A stretch of DNA of 63,994 bases, counting the filler, from Basidiobolus ranarum (taxonomy: Eukaryota), in NCBI GenBank assembly GCA_040143965.1. It is 6 parts of 6 records of this genome, joined end to end, with 100 filler letters (N's around TTAATTAATTAA, not from the genome) between each part and the next. Parts side by side here need not be neighbours in the genome. Positions count along the whole stretch, not along the records: positions 10,835 to 21,560 come from JASJQH010007547.1; positions 21,661 to 32,379 come from JASJQH010007548.1; 4 more parts are not named here. The stretch is one strand, 5' to 3'. The position numbers and the translations under genes were made by a program. The number at the start of each line of letters is the position of its first letter. Within the stretch, counting starts at the first letter, position 1. The notes beneath the pieces are model-generated. The model was not told the DNA's origin and made no database searches. It saw only the letters and a list, made by a program, of their open reading frames with translations. This document shows positions 10,835 to 25,410 of the stretch, in pieces.

Positions 10835-12597
10835 CGTTCATTTCCACATCTTCAAGAATATACCGGATTGAGTCGGCGATCCCCGATTTACCGTGTTCGA
10901 GGAGTGTAACATAGGCTGTGAAATAAAGTTAGCACATAGGGTGGAGAGGTGAGTGCCAAGTCAACGACAATACCTTCACTCAGCGCTTCCGGTTTATCGG
11001 TATACAGTTTCCATTTCAATCCAAATACCGCAGGTGAATGTTCTCCTTCAGTAAGCAAAGGTGCATGCTTCCTGACCATATTCAAATCATTTCTGCAAGT
11101 AGACATACCAAAGTGTCATTAGAGATTCAATTGTTACTAGCAATGATAAATACTTACGTATGGCCATGGCGTTGAATCTCAGTGTTGGATCGCATGTCAA
11201 TGATGCGCTTGACTCCTAACTTACTCAGCACTTGTTTACCAACATCACTAGCTTGAGATGGACTGGTATAGAATTAGTAGAGTTTTTGGGTGCGCTTTTA
11301 AGAAAAATTCGCTTACTCCCCGGAACGGAACAGGTATCTTGGCCTTACAACACCATATTTGGAAGCATAACCACCAGCATCTCTGAAGTTTTTGATTCCC
11401 TCTACCGCAATCACTCTAGTATATCCAAAGAGCTGGTTGGATTGAATCTGTGAAGGAGTGGGCTCAATGTCCAGAATAAAATTTCGCACATATGAGATTA
11501 CTTCGGGAAAGAGTCCATCATATCGGTGGTTCGCCCCTTCAACTAAACGAAGTGTATGGTTGGGAATATAGTTGGCAAACGCTGCTGCGTGAGAGACATC
11601 CAGAACCTATATAAAGGTATTGGTGTTAGTATTGGTCTACATATATTTAAATGTCAAACTATCACCTCATCCTGAAGTCCATGACATGTGAGCACTTTTA
11701 CAGTTTTGGGGATCCGATTAACTGAGGCAAAAAGGCCGATTAGCGGGAGAAGTAGAGATATTCATCTGTGAGGAACTTACCGTAACTCAAGTCCTGTTGT
11801 GTTTCATCAAAATTCTCCAACGTCTTACGTGTCAGCTTAAACTCGTATGTTTTCCGGTTGGTTTTTACTTGGAAAGTATTCTCATCCTGTAGTAAATTAG
11901 TTCAGGGAGCTTTAATTGACCTTAGAAGAGAGAATAAGCTCACCTTGTTGTCTAGCCATTTTCTATAGTTCTCAAAAATTGCCTTGAAATCAAAACGTCC
12001 ACTTAAATTTATCACATATTTAAGGTCAGGCAATTGTTTGGTGGCCACATAATGGAGGACGGAGGAACCCCCTGATAAGAATACCCGCTAGTTGGTAATC
12101 ATTTTCCTTTCATACTCAGCAAATAGAATTACTAACCTCTGGAATGACCAATTAACCCGTGAATCGTGTAACCCTGCTTAGTAAAATGACCTACGACTGC
12201 GTCTATATCATTTTGTTCAATCTATTCGACAAATCCCTTCCAATTTAATATCTAAACAACCAGAAAACAAAAGAAAAATACTCTCATCACCTCAAGGCCT
12301 CCAAACGAAGGGGACCCTTCACTTTCACCATATCCACTAAAGTCAAAGCGAAATATATCTATTGGTAGAGATTTCGCAAGCTCAGGAAAGAAGGCGTAAT
12401 TTTTGGTGGCTAGTTGAGGTTAAAATCCCATTTAGACAACTGATACGAGAGTAAACGTGAGGAAAGAAAGGAAGCTTACCTATATAACCGTGACATAAAA
12501 TAACTAAGGGCTTGATACTGTCACTTGTGGTATCATTCTTTTCTAGAATTCCAACTAGCTTCAGTCCGTCTGGCTTATAAATTTCTACACGAGACAT
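10835..12597 (-). CDS. Alpha/beta-hydrolase fused to a Y_phosphatase3-type tyrosine-phosphatase-like domain (3' end cut by contig edge)
   Basis: Multi-exon. VILCHG, FRFDFSGYGESEG, nucleophile GHSRG, CHGLQDE, EGANH. The same exon continues in frame into VEGIKNFRDAGGY...LFRSG, and the next exon has LGVKRIIDMRSNTE. Confidence 0.8.
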
Positions 12598-15426
12598 GAT
12601 AAATGAAAGGGCAGTCGATTTGATGATAATTCCTTATTGGGTTACGAGAAATCAACCCTTTAACCTGGGTTTATAAAAGAAACCTGATGTTTGAAAAAAG
12701 AGGTCATAGTTACAATTCCTTGTAAATGGGAATTTATTCATCTTGGCTAACCGAAGGTGGGAATTAGTTCCATTAAATTATTTGATTCTTAGTAAGCGTA
12801 ATTACCTGTGAGAGCAAGTCGGTAAATTTTGAAACGATAAATATCGGAATTCGAAAGATGATTTATAATGAGAAATATCAAGCAAGTGCTTTTGATTCAC
12901 GTGCTGATTTAATGGCTGTCAGGGAGGTAAGCAAAATTACGGAAGTACGGCTACGGCTATACGAGGATTGGAAGGAACGCTTATTGATTGAACGTGAGCC
13001 ACGATGGGTGGGGGAGCTAGAGCGTGTGCATAGGTGGATTTGTTTGTCATAGATTCAATTACGAGCAGAATCACACTATCTATTAGGCTATCACCTTCTA
13101 AAACTAATACTAGTTATTGACCGTTGTGTACGAGTTGTTACCAATAATTGATAGCTGCTTCAATAGGGCACTCTGTATGTATCCGTCTTGGGTGGCCAGG
13201 TTGGTAACTGGGCCTTATGTTACTTCTTTATGTGATTGCAGCTGTGCAGAATGACCTCAATGCCATAACTGAGCGCTCTAAGTTAATATGTTTCTACACT
13301 ATCGAAGTAGAAGGTACTGGTAGAAACCATGTGTGGGATAGTTGGAATTATCCCGCTAAGCGTGTAGAAGATAGTAGCCACCAACACAACCTTTTCTAAT
13401 AGCAAGCATAGCTGGTATCTATCGAAACCTACATCGTCATCCTCATTACTTCATCTCTATTATGTAGAATGTCATCCTAGTCTATTGTGAAGAAATACTA
13501 CAGATCTGGTACATACCTGTCATACTGAACTATTAAAGATCTAGTCCGTCCTGTAATGCTCGACACAAGTCTGAATCATGATGTCGGTTGGATCTAGATG
13601 GCATGGGAGTTTGGCGCTGGGATTAATGATCTTAAGACCGATTCAATTCCAACGCGTGAGCCGAAAGATTATCTTTAAATTTCCAGTTTTGCAAAGTGTC
13701 TCTATAGTCCTTGTATGTTAGCGTTATACAGAGAATGTCCATTGTTCGTTCTATTTCATCGAGAGATACTTCATAATACAATCTCATACGTAGATACTCT
13801 TCGATAAGATTTATTTCGTTGTAAGCTATATAATTTAGTCTGAATGAAAATATTTTACAAAGGTGATTTAGCGAGAGAGGGAATGGCTTCAATTGTAGCT
13901 AGTTTTTAAGAATTGGTCCTCAATATACTGTTCGATTTTGGCTGGATCTTGGTCCGCCTTGGAGACTACACAATCAATCACCGGAACAGCTTTCTCGTGT
14001 TTAGATTGTCTCATGTGTCTATCGCTTGTCATGGTGGATATGTCGTCAGAGTTAGCGAAGGAAGACATGTTATTCTCCTCAGAGGTTTGGTAGTGTCTTT
14101 CTGGATGCTCGAAGCGAAACTCCATTTTACGTCAAATTGTTCGGAGGTCAGGTCGACCCGGTCTTTTCTTATATCATTTTGGTATTATAATCATGGACTT
14201 AAATGTCCAATGGGGAGTCTTTATCAGGAACATTCTTAAGCCCTACGAAGGTCTGGATTATCGGGGTCTTCATCAAGAAATGCTCCAATTCACCCCTCCC
14301 TTGTCAGAGCTGAAACTTACCAAACTATTGCAGTCCAAATCCCGTGGGTAGCAGATCAGGTGGCTTAGGTTTACTCAATTTGAGCTTCAGAATCTCCGAT
14401 ATTAATCGATCATAGCATCAAGTGCAAATCACTTCCAAACAGTCAATCATCGGAATTCCAGATATGAGCCTATTCCCGCCCAAAGAATTCCCATATTTGT
14501 GAGAGATTAATGTTGGAATCCATTGAAACATATCCCATTCGGGTATTAAGTTGAAACGCGTGTACTCGGGTGTTAAATCACTATATACGTAAAGAATGCT
14601 TATGCATCCTGTTCAAGTGATTCGAGACCACATAAAGCTTCGCATTGGCTAGGCTCTCTCTTGGTCCATTTGACACGTAAAGTACACCATCTAGTATGAT
14701 GTGGCTGTCACATGTATCTAACCATGATGCTAACAAATCGCAGTAGCAGCTGCCATAAAAAGACACGCTACGTCTGTTGGAGCTATCTCCGAGTGCTCAA
14801 TAATGGCGGACGTTGTAGCTTCAAACCAGAGGCAACTGGGCACTTGAAGGTTTTGTGGGTGTGGGTATTCTTGAGTTGGCTTCGTAGTCAACCGACGCTG
14901 AACTATAGCTATGCCACTAAAATAGTCTAATCAAATCAAACTCTAGAAAATCTCCCTATGGTCAGCCACAGCTAGTGTGACGGCTAAGATAATCACATGT
15001 TCACATCCAATCTTACTCACCTCCTCATCTATGCAGCTTCTGGTTTGTTCTGTGTCTACATTTGATCTTAGTTCCACAATTACTCTCCCACTGTCGTGAG
15101 CCTCTTCATATTGGATCGGTTCTTCATCCTCCTACCGCTTAGGCTGATGTAGAAGAGTGCACTTACACACGGGTGGAGAATGGTATCAAGTTACGTCACC
15201 TGAGTTCAAATGGTCTCATTAAATGAGTATGGATTGAGTCCAACATGATTTTTAGGAGAGTGAAGGGGATGAACCTGTATAATCCTAGTGCGTTTGACTT
15301 GAAGTCTACTTTAAAAGGTGCCATGAAAACATGTCTTTCATTACATAAATAGTTTTTAACGACTTTCAGCCGATTCATACACAAAGCTGAGTACTTTGTA
15401 AACTCACTTGTGGAGTGAAACCGATT

Positions 15427-16951
15427 ATGACTGAACCTGACTCCTTTAAACCTTATGCAAGCTTCAATCCCTCCAGTAATTCCTCTCTGTCACCGGGTTC
15501 TACTGGCTATCAACCATCTAATCCCTACCTCAACTACGACCTTGACCATCGGAGTATTCATGTCGAAAGAAGAATGAGTGCCAAAGGTTTGGCTGCCTAC
15601 GCTGCTCTTAAATACTTCTCCACCGCACTGGTAAATCCTTTTGAGGTTGGTCAGACTCTACTTCAAGTTCAGTACCTGCCGAAGGATGATGGGGAGGAGA
15701 AGATAGCGCTAGAACAACATGATACCCAGGATAATGACGAGGTAAGTGCTCTTGATGATGTGTCGGAAGAATTTCACACAAATTAAATTTATCTGAGCAG
15801 GACATGGATGAAGATGAGTTGGAGTATTTTAATGTACAGTTAAACTCCACCATTGACCCAAGTTCCGGTCAGTCAAAGATGCCTGCAGATCATATGGGCT
15901 ACTTGATACGTAAGAGTGTGTATGACGACTCTACACGCCCCGAATATCAATTGTCCCCTTTAGATACTAACATCTGGGGAGTCATTAAAGCATTGGTAAA
16001 ACAACCAACTGAAGGATGGCCTTCTCTCTGGAAGGGTGAGAATTTGGATGGTTTCACCATGACTGCTATCTTATCAAAACTAACCCTGTATTTATGAAAG
16101 GTCAACTCGCGAACTGGCTTTATGACATGGCTCACCTATTTCTGCAACCTAGCTTGGAAGGAGTATTGAACGATGCCTTTGATTTTCATGACACTACGAC
16201 TGCTCTAGTGCATCCAGACAGCGCTAGCTCTAGTGTAACAGTGCTGGTAGCAAGCCATCTAGCTATTGGTATACTTCTCAGTCCACTGGAGTTGGTCCGC
16301 ACTCGGTAATAATCATTTGTAGCGCCATGTGGTAACTTTGAAAGCTTATCTTTTTACACTTTGAATATTAGTTTAATCGTCCAAACCTCCTCTAAAAGTC
16401 ACCGAAAATACGAAGGGTTGTTCGATTGTTTGAAAACGATCATTACAGAAGAGGGCTTTAGATCACTTTATTGGTCACACAATTTTCTTCCGACTGTTCT
16501 TTATCACACCTTGAGCCCGTTAATTAGTAACACAATTCCTATTGTTATTGACCGAGTGTTTCATATCGACTCTTTAGAATCACCCTTTGTTTATAGTTTG
16601 ATTGAATTGGCTTTGAATACACTCGATATTTTAATTACACTGCCTTTGGATACCATCCGTAAGCGTCTCCAATGCCAAATTCATACACGTATTCCGGGTA
16701 AAAAGTTCGAAACCGTCGTAGAAACAGGAAAAATCTCTTACACAGGTATAATTCATTGTGGAAGGAGCATTTTGAAGGAAGAGTCGGCGAGCTTCCGTAG
16801 AAAGAAAGGAAAGAAGAACCGAGATATCCAAGGAATTCAAATGTTGAATTGGCGTGGACTGTACCCAGGAGTAGGAATGCACCTCTCTTCTAACCTAGCC
16901 ATGTTCGCCGTGAACTTGGTAAATGGGATTCAGGTCGAAGAGGAGTGGTAA
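15427..16951 (+). CDS. UGO1: Ugo1-like mitochondrial fusion protein (mitochondrial carrier fold)
   Basis: 4 exons. Carrier signatures PFEVGQTLLQVQ, PLELVRTRL, PLDTIRKRLQ, EGWPSLWKG, WRGLYPG, plus the acidic insertion after the first signature typical of Ugo1/SLC25A46. Confidence 0.75.
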
Positions 16952-17467
16952 ACCTTTCGAGGATTTGTAAATCTTCGCAGGTAGATTATCGTGGTATATC
17001 ATGTGGAGTTCACCTCATCACTTTATACCAGCTTGCACACCTCGAATAAAATATGTTATCCATGTAATTCTAGATAAAATCAATGAGCTTTCTGCACATT
17101 GAATTCCTTAATTTTACGAAGACACGATCGATACTTCCTGAGGCTCAAATGTCCCTATACAGTACAGCTTCCTACGGGCATTAGAGGATATGGGAAGATT
17201 GTGGTCTATCATGAAGCATTGAGCTGATAAGAGCCATTTGAACTCCAAATCCGCTCTTCATTTAAGACATCTAGTTCTCATGCTATGGATGGAGGTATTC
17301 TTCTAAAAACAGCTGCGAATGTTGACTTATGGTTTGCTTAGAAGACACAATGGTTGAATTCTTTATTCAATCGATCTCGAATCAGAAAGTACCTAACATT
17401 CACGGATTCCTCAAAGATATAATGACTAATGGTCATCAAGATAGGCGCTGAATCTATTTCTAAATCT

Positions 17468-18412
17468 TTAGATCAAATTGTTTTTGACCAATTCATTCAA
17501 TTGTTCGAAGAATTTCTGTGCTGGGAAACCAACCTGATGTAATGATTGTTTAATGAGTAAATTATCGGAATCTATGGATTATATAAGCTACATACCACAT
17601 TGTAATAATCCCCGTTGATCTTCGATACCAAGAAAGATGCTAATCCTTGATAACCGTAACCGCCAGCTTTATCCCTGATAGCACAAATAATGGAAGTGAG
17701 TAATTTCATAGCCATTGCATTGTTAACGGTTTAAAGGTAAAGTTTGAATGAAAGATTAACACACAGAATGTCACGTACATTGGTTCTCCACTATCAACAT
17801 ATGCCTGGATCACCTCTGCAGACGAGTTAGCAAAAGTAACTTCAGTACCCTCACAAAAAGTCAAGATTTTTGGTTGTGTTGCATGGGGTAACACGAAGCA
17901 TACACCAGTATAAACATAATGGGAACGTCCGTTCAAACGGGTGATTATTTCCACTGCGTGTTCGACCGACTTGGGCTTTTCCAAAATATCCTCCTCTATC
18001 ACTACTACCGTATCCGCACCAATCACTAAGGCAGGTGGTTCGCTTTGACTCTATGAGAAAAAGGATAAGTGAATTCGAAAGGTTTAAATGAGGAATTATT
18101 ATGATGTAGTACCGCTTGTAACCGGGTGAAAACCTCTATTGCCTTCTGCTTGGCTGTTTCGGTAACATAATCTTTAGCATGGGCAAAGGTACTTTTATCT
18201 AAAGTTTCAGGGAAGGTACTGGGTACCACTTCGAACTTAAGACCCTATTAAAGTAGTAAAGCGTAAATAGTTAATAGTGAAGACTCGTCACATTTGAATT
18301 GAGAGGTGCCAACCAGTTTGGACAGTATCTCTTGACGTCTAGGTGATCCAGAAGCCAAGACAATTTGTTTGTTTTCCAAACGTTTTATGCTAGGAATGTT
18401 GAAAGTAGTCAT
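17468..18412 (-). CDS. Maf-family nucleoside triphosphate pyrophosphatase
   Basis: IVLASGSPRRQEIL, IGADTVV, ILEKP, HYVYTGV, DKAGGYGYQG, GDYYNVVGFP across 5 exons. Confidence 0.92.
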
Positions 18413-19278
18413 AAGAAAAATGAATACTTGGAATTAAAATTTTACATGAACTTTATGGGTCATAGTGTACTTAATACATTATGATTGGAGCCAATCAACT
18501 ATCAACCAACCATAGATATTTCGAACAAATTGAAATAATGACTTGTAAAGGTGTGAAAGTGAACGAACACTTCTTGTAGCTGAAAGATAACGGTCTCCCT
18601 AGTAGGTTAATAAACCAACTCAGATGATTATCGAAGAACGCTTCAATCTTAAAGTGTCCTATTCTATATTTGATTTAAACGTAACTAAAGAGCGGTAGTT
18701 TTCTTATCGCCGAAATGATTTAGTACCACAGCAATTTCAAGAAAGTTTACCCAAGAGAATGTCACTTCTTACTTTAGTAAGCTGAGGGCTTGACTAAACA
18801 TCCTAAATACTGAACATTTAAGTCAACTCATAGGTTGTGTATTAACTCACTACCTGGTGATGACCTCTCTAATCTTCAACTAGAGTTGCTAAGATGCAAA
18901 CCTTTCAGTTATCTAAAGCATGAGATCTGACAGTCGATGGCCCTCATTTAATACTGCTTAAACTCTAGGTTTGATAATGGAATTATACAATTTGAATGTA
19001 ATGGTGTCGAAACATTTTGAAAGTCAGGATCCACAGAGGGTTTATTTTAAAGTTGAGGAGGAAGTTAGCTACCACCGAAAGTGACATTTGGTAAACCAGC
19101 TACAACATGCTCCTATTAAATAGTTTGTGAGATAACCATTATTATATGATGAATTTACAGTGACATCTGGTGAGGCAAGCCACCACCCCGATGATAATAT
19201 GTCACGTCCATCGTTAGAAGCAAGTGCAAGTTACATCCACCTCGATAAACGAGAGTAGTATAGACACTCTAAATTACG

Positions 19279-20956
19279 TTACATAATTCGATGCTTAATC
19301 ATGATGGCCACTCCACAAATGAATGTGAAGACAAGAAATCCAACCAGTCCGTAAAACCATGATAGACTCGTCGCATCTTGTCCAGGAACATGAACATTCA
19401 TTCCCCACAGGCCAGTGATGATGTTCATAGGAACGATGATAGAAGCGACAGCGGTAAGCTTCGCAACTACATCATTAGTGCGATTGCTGGATTGTGTGAT
19501 TTCAATGGAAATCTGAGTGAGATAGTTCGAATGGGCCCTTGACAAAATCTTCTCAAAATGGGATGCATTTTGGACCATGGTGAGAATATGATCTAGTAGA
19601 AAGAGATGTTTAGAACAAAGTCGAAAGACGAAAACAAAGGGCAATCCAAACCTTGTACATCTCCTAGGTACAAACTCATATCGTCGCCCTGTTTGGCGTG
19701 CTCCGATAGAGTACTCCCAGTTCGCTTGATCACTCCCTTGACAACATCTCCTTTTGGCTTCAGTAATCGGAGAACACCAGAGATGGCTTTTCGGGCATTC
19801 CCTATACGACGTAGCAAGTGTGATTGTTCGGACTCTTTTAGAATAAACACTAACTCATCAATAGAGTCCGATTCCATTTCAAGATTCTCCACTAAAGGTA
19901 TCAAGGCGTCGACAACTGAATCCATTAACGCGTAGTTGATCCAATCTGTGAGAAGTGCGTTAGTTGCAACCTATCTAGCGGCAATTGAATCACCGTGTTA
20001 CCTGGTGTTACATGGATGTAATCTTTCAAGTGCTCAATACGGTTGAGTACATTTTGCAGATGTGGTGTCGGCCGGTAATGAATCTATAACGAAGGATCTT
20101 AGCTCCTTGGATATAGTGCTTGAAATTAATACAAGTGACCCACCGATATAATGGAATCTTTACGTATTATATTGAATAAACTGACAGAGTTTTCCACATA
20201 TGCCTCTGCCATATTGAACTGTTCGTACGTGTCAAAAGTCTGAAAGTTGACAAAATAGTAATTCTTGAAGGATTCACATTTCTCCCGAGTTTCTTCGGCT
20301 TGAATATCTTCGGCAGTCAGTGGATGGATGTGAAAAATCTGTTGCTAATAAATACCCGATTGTTGAAAGTCATGATATTCATATTGATGTACCTTGCTGA
20401 GCCATTTCAATTCACTGTCACTAGGTGATAATATATCCAGCCAAAAGTCTCCCCCACGAAGTAAGTCTTCTGTAGAAGTCTTTTCGGTAGCAATCTCCGA
20501 CATGTTGTAGGCTTTAAGAGTGCCGATCTTGGAAGAGAAGAAAGTGAAACGAGGTTCCTCATTATACTAGAAATTTGGAACTTAGTCCATTTTACGGGAA
20601 CGTAGATACAGGCAGAAGAGCACATTACTTACCAAAGAGTAATCAGAAATACTGCGTTTTCTTGAACTAGAGAGTTTCCTTTGGTGTGGTTCAAACCTAC
20701 CGTGATCCAGAAAGTCACTTAATGCTTTATATTCAATCTCGTTTGTATTTTGGCTTGGAGTTACTGAGGGAAAGCATACGTCTTCTTCTGCCTTTGGTAA
20801 GGAGCCCTCCAATTGTGCGAGGGGTTCAGGTTCAACAAATAACTCTGAGCATGGATCATGCAGAGCGGTATTATCTTCATCTATTGATAGGATAGTACTC
20901 ACTGCATCGGTTGACTGGGGGTTGGCTCTTTCTTCGTGGTCTGAATGTCTGTCCAT
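19279..20956 (-). CDS. CorA-family Mg2+ transporter (Alr1/Mnr2-like)
   Basis: FHIHPLTAEDI, REKCESF, DWINYALMDSVVD, YLGDVQDH, GLWGMNVHVPG signature and two C-terminal TM helices. Multi-exon. Confidence 0.92.
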
Positions 20957-21560
20957 TTCCTACCGACAAAATAAAGAACGATAACCGCCGTCGAATCTGA
21001 CTTAGTTTATTCTGTATAGGGGTGTTGCCGTGTATAATAGGAAATTATACTAGTCCTGATTAATTCTTTTGACCAAATCAGATGGTCTGATTCACTTAAA
21101 GCATCAACTGATTATTCAATAAGATCTAACCAATACCAAAAGAAAACTTGGATTATATTGGTTATTGAACTAAGCCGGTTATTCCAAAGCAGAAATCGAC
21201 AATGTCTCATGTGCTCCTAGATCAGCCTTGGTTGGTACAGGGCATCACAGCGATGATTATCTTGAGGGTTTAAATGTATAGGCTAACTGGCATTCAGACA
21301 AATCTAAAGATTGTTCTCTGACATAATGAATATTTGCTCACCACAATTCATATTCTCTAGTGTGGTGAGTTGGTGAAGCTAGGGGTTAGGTGCAAGCAAA
21401 CTGATCCGAGATTCAGAGCTTTATTATGGCATGCAACCTGTATCATCACGAGATTTATGTAGGAGGAACTGTATTCTGGCGGGGTCGTGGTTGACGTCCA
21501 ACATAATGATCCACTACACTGCCCAAGTCAATATCATATGGTGGGTGTGGAAGAGCATCC

Positions 21561-21660
21561 NNNNNNNNNNNNNNNNNNNNNNNNNNNNNNNNNNNNNNNN
21601 NNNNTTAATTAATTAANNNNNNNNNNNNNNNNNNNNNNNNNNNNNNNNNNNNNNNNNNNN
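21561..21660. other. Artificial contig spacer
   Basis: N44-TTAATTAATTAA-N44. Confidence 0.98.
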
Positions 21661-21731
21661 CTCTTGGCCAGAACGGAGGTTTGAATGAGGGCCAAACCAA
21701 GCACAGCAATGAGAAGTAATTTTGATAGCAT
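21661..21731 (-). CDS. N-terminal signal peptide of a secreted protein, truncated by contig edge
   Basis: MLSKLLLIAVLGLALIQTSVLAK. TATA-like tataaaa about 60 nt upstream on the minus strand. Confidence 0.5.
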
Positions 21732-24700
21732 ACCGGATATCTTTAAACTGAATGTTTTTAGGATAAGGGATTGAAAGGCTCTCGTCTTGGTTTTATACAC
21801 GTAATGTTTGAGGTATGGGACTTAGCATACACTAGAAAATCTCTAGTAGTCTTTGAACCTACCAAAAACAGCTCAGTTAAATCTATACCTAGTAAGCTGT
21901 TGGACTGGGTTACTTTCCTAAGCTTATACTGTTTTCCCCTTTCCTCACAGTATAAACAGTCGCTATGACGATGATTTTTTTACACTCTTGCTGGTGTTTT
22001 TGACTATTTACAGAATAACAGTAAGGTATAGTGATACAAGAAGCACATTGATGCATTTCACCTCTCCGTTCAAGGCTAACGTACAGTATTGGTAACAAAA
22101 AAAATCTATAACAAATCTATCGGCAGTGAAATCGTGAGATAACCCCATTATTGCAATAATATATTATGAAATCAACCCCTCCATTGGCAGCCAGTTAAAA
22201 AAACTGTCGCCTTTACAATTCAGGCAGTAGCCCATCAAAATATAGGACGAAGTATCTGCGTGGCCCAGTATACGACTCGTGCATACGTAGGCGATCGAAA
22301 GATTTACATTCATAATATAGATTTGCCATTTGGCCCACTCTGGTTGTTTATCGTGTGGCAGCTACGTAAACATTCAAATGGTGGGCGATCTGAGTGTAGA
22401 AGTGGTTAATGGATGAGCAATGATAGCTGTGGCCAGATCTATTACTTCCAAATTGAACTCGTAGCATCTCGGTTAGGAGATCAGCATAGCCTAAAATACT
22501 CTTGCGACCTACCATACAGAATCAACCAATTTAGAACAATTCGGTCTTTATTAGGCAGTGTTTGTGGCGCAGAATGCCAACTTATTCCGCGTTATTCAAT
22601 ATTTTCATATCAGGCGCGCATTGACATCGATTTATGCCGTGATTAATATTTTCACTTGGATCTCGATCTGGAAAATCTATTACCATTCTTGGTTGCTTAC
22701 TACCTAGTACCATACTTACATATTCGAGAATGTTGCAGTCGCTCTATTTAATTCTGGAATATCACGATCCCTATTTTTGCACATATTGAAAAGATAAAGA
22801 AACCAATGAAGAGGCTACATTTGATATGGATCCCGTGTATATGAGACCATAAAAACCGTTGCCATCACCAAAACGAATCGAATCGTCTGAACAGTGGCCA
22901 AAATGTGAAGGATCGCTGTGAACTTACTGTCCCTGATTGGCTCAAAGCAGTGACGATGTTGGCGGTCGCAAATAATCTCCGTTTGCTAGCATTGAGTAAA
23001 CTTGTTGAAATTTCAATCAACTAATTCTGCTTGTCAAGTTTGTTTCAAGTATTTTTATCTATTCGCTAAATGCTACTAGCCACAGTACGAAGATGGTGAT
23101 TAAGGAGGGGCATTAGTGTTGTTCTGCCAAGTCTACCCCATAGAGGTTTATAACTATGCCAAACTCTATGTCCTATACGATATCTTTTCATAACCGACTT
23201 TAATGCCTGCCACCTTAAAGATGCCCTTTATCACTAGATACCTTGAATGCTGGGAGATTCTACTAACAGAACTTATCCCCAACAGATGTAATTGTGAGCT
23301 TCCATTTGTATTCATTGACTGGTGGATTTCTCATTCCAGTTCATATGAAATTCCTCGCCAGCTCTATTTAGATACGTACATTCAAATGAAAAGTCGCTAC
23401 TAGAAAGCTCCCAAAACTTCTCCAAGAGCTGCCCATTTTGGAATATATGTCGCCAACGATTTCCCAGCAAGTGGACTTATGTTAAAAAGCCATAAAAATC
23501 GTTTCATCATACTTCATTGGTGCATCGTACATAAATATATATATATGAGTGGATGGTTACCAAATGCTCATCTTTAACTCTTGCAATATGCGGGAAAAAC
23601 CAAGGACACTCTTCACCAATACAGTAATAATGAAGAAACTCTTACAATGGGTATTGGATATTCATACATGCTTCCCTTACTTGGTGCCTTCAGCTTGATC
23701 CATCCAACATTGATGCAAATGCCATGTTTAATCGTGGCTATCCGTAGGAATCACCAACAACACTGCAATATTTGGTGACTCGATTATTGCTGAACTCAAC
23801 CAAAGTTAGACCGATGGTCGCATATCGGAATATATGTATAGCCTACTTTTGCTTTCCCAATAGTTACACCTCCTCGCTGTTTCACTGCAGCTTGCAGGTG
23901 ATTCGTGGTGTGGAGTAGTGATACAGTGAATCTGTACAAGATCTCACGAGTGAGGCTACATAACAGTCACCAGAACAATATCAGCTGCTATAATCTGATT
24001 TATGAGAGTCAGGTACGCACAAGTTTTATAAGGATCCAAACGTCCTTCAAGGTTACGGAATGGTATATTCTAGTTGATCTTATGGTAGATCAAATACTAT
24101 ATTGGGACATGGATGTTTTACCATGAATCATTTGAATCTCTGATATTGAATCTCAACTGCTTGATGGACTAATATGGAAGGTGACCAGGCATTTCCTCCT
24201 CTTCACTTACTCTATGTCCGATTCGAATTTGCATGTAAACCGCCTTGGCTCTCAACCTGGTAGAATGTTTTCCAAGAATTCTTTTTTTACTTCGTGCCAT
24301 TGCTGCCCACCTTCCATTCATGCTCCCTGTGCAGAATCACACCCAATGAAAACAACGGTGCCAGCTCGTGCGACAGCGAGAAGGAAAATCCCTAAATGTT
24401 GTCCAATTCTAGTTGCTAGCATAGGAACACAGAGTGTAAAGACATTTACATGGTCTTTGAGAAACGCTCTATGACTTTTCAATGGGCATGATCATATGCT
24501 TTTTATGTAGATGTAGGTGGTAAGAATATAACGCACTCTTTAGAAATGGGAGTGTTGTTCAAGTAACAAGATTGCCGTGATACAGATATCCATTGCTTCA
24601 AATCCGATATCTATCGGTTTGGAATAACAACCACACAGTAATATCAAGTGAATGCATCAGCTGCTTAGTCACACTTGTTTGCGATTATGGCAATCAAGTG

Positions 24701-25410
24701 CTTGGGGCTATGATTCCACAGTCGAAATCAAATAGCTGAACAGCAATCATACTACGGCATAATCAACCTACATAGCACAGTTAGATATCAGCAAGCGTGG
24801 CCTGAAAACACCCCACTCTCAGCAACATATCTGATCTCAAGCAATGATCGAAGAAGAGCTGGCTCATTATCCATTATTTTAGATCATTGTTTCTGGATCT
24901 GGGGACATGGTGAATGCTACCAGGGGTATCCAAGTGTATCAATATTGCATAATTCGGGAATACGGGCCGATTGGGAAGCTGGTATTAAGTATTGGATGAT
25001 TGCATGGAATCAGCACTGGCAATTGTGAATATACTCCAAGTCAGTATTGATAGACTGCGGAGTTCTAAGCTGAATTTTGTGACTATATGGAATGTGAATA
25101 GATTCTGGAGTGGAGTTAGTGAATATTGACTGGTGAAGATGGTATCGCAAGAAGTACTTAGATGGTTACACATACTAGTATAGCATTTGATTAATGGACA
25201 GCCAGAGTCAGGCTCTTGAAGTCACACTCATTTACTTGTTGCCATTTACTATTAGTTGCCTGAATTTCCTTAACTGTATGTTCATCTTGCATCTCTGAAA
25301 TTAATAAGCTGACTATGAACTTGTCAATAACCGAATGAGTGGTCGCTATATCAGGTTCTTTTCTAAAGGTACAAGATAGAGCTCTTAATATGCTCCCTAT
25401 ATGTGCTATC

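Noticed and set aside
22400-25000. Short ORFs in contig 3 as genes or a LINE body
   Set aside because: No convincing motifs or splice structure. Probably decayed repeats, but no family could be supported.
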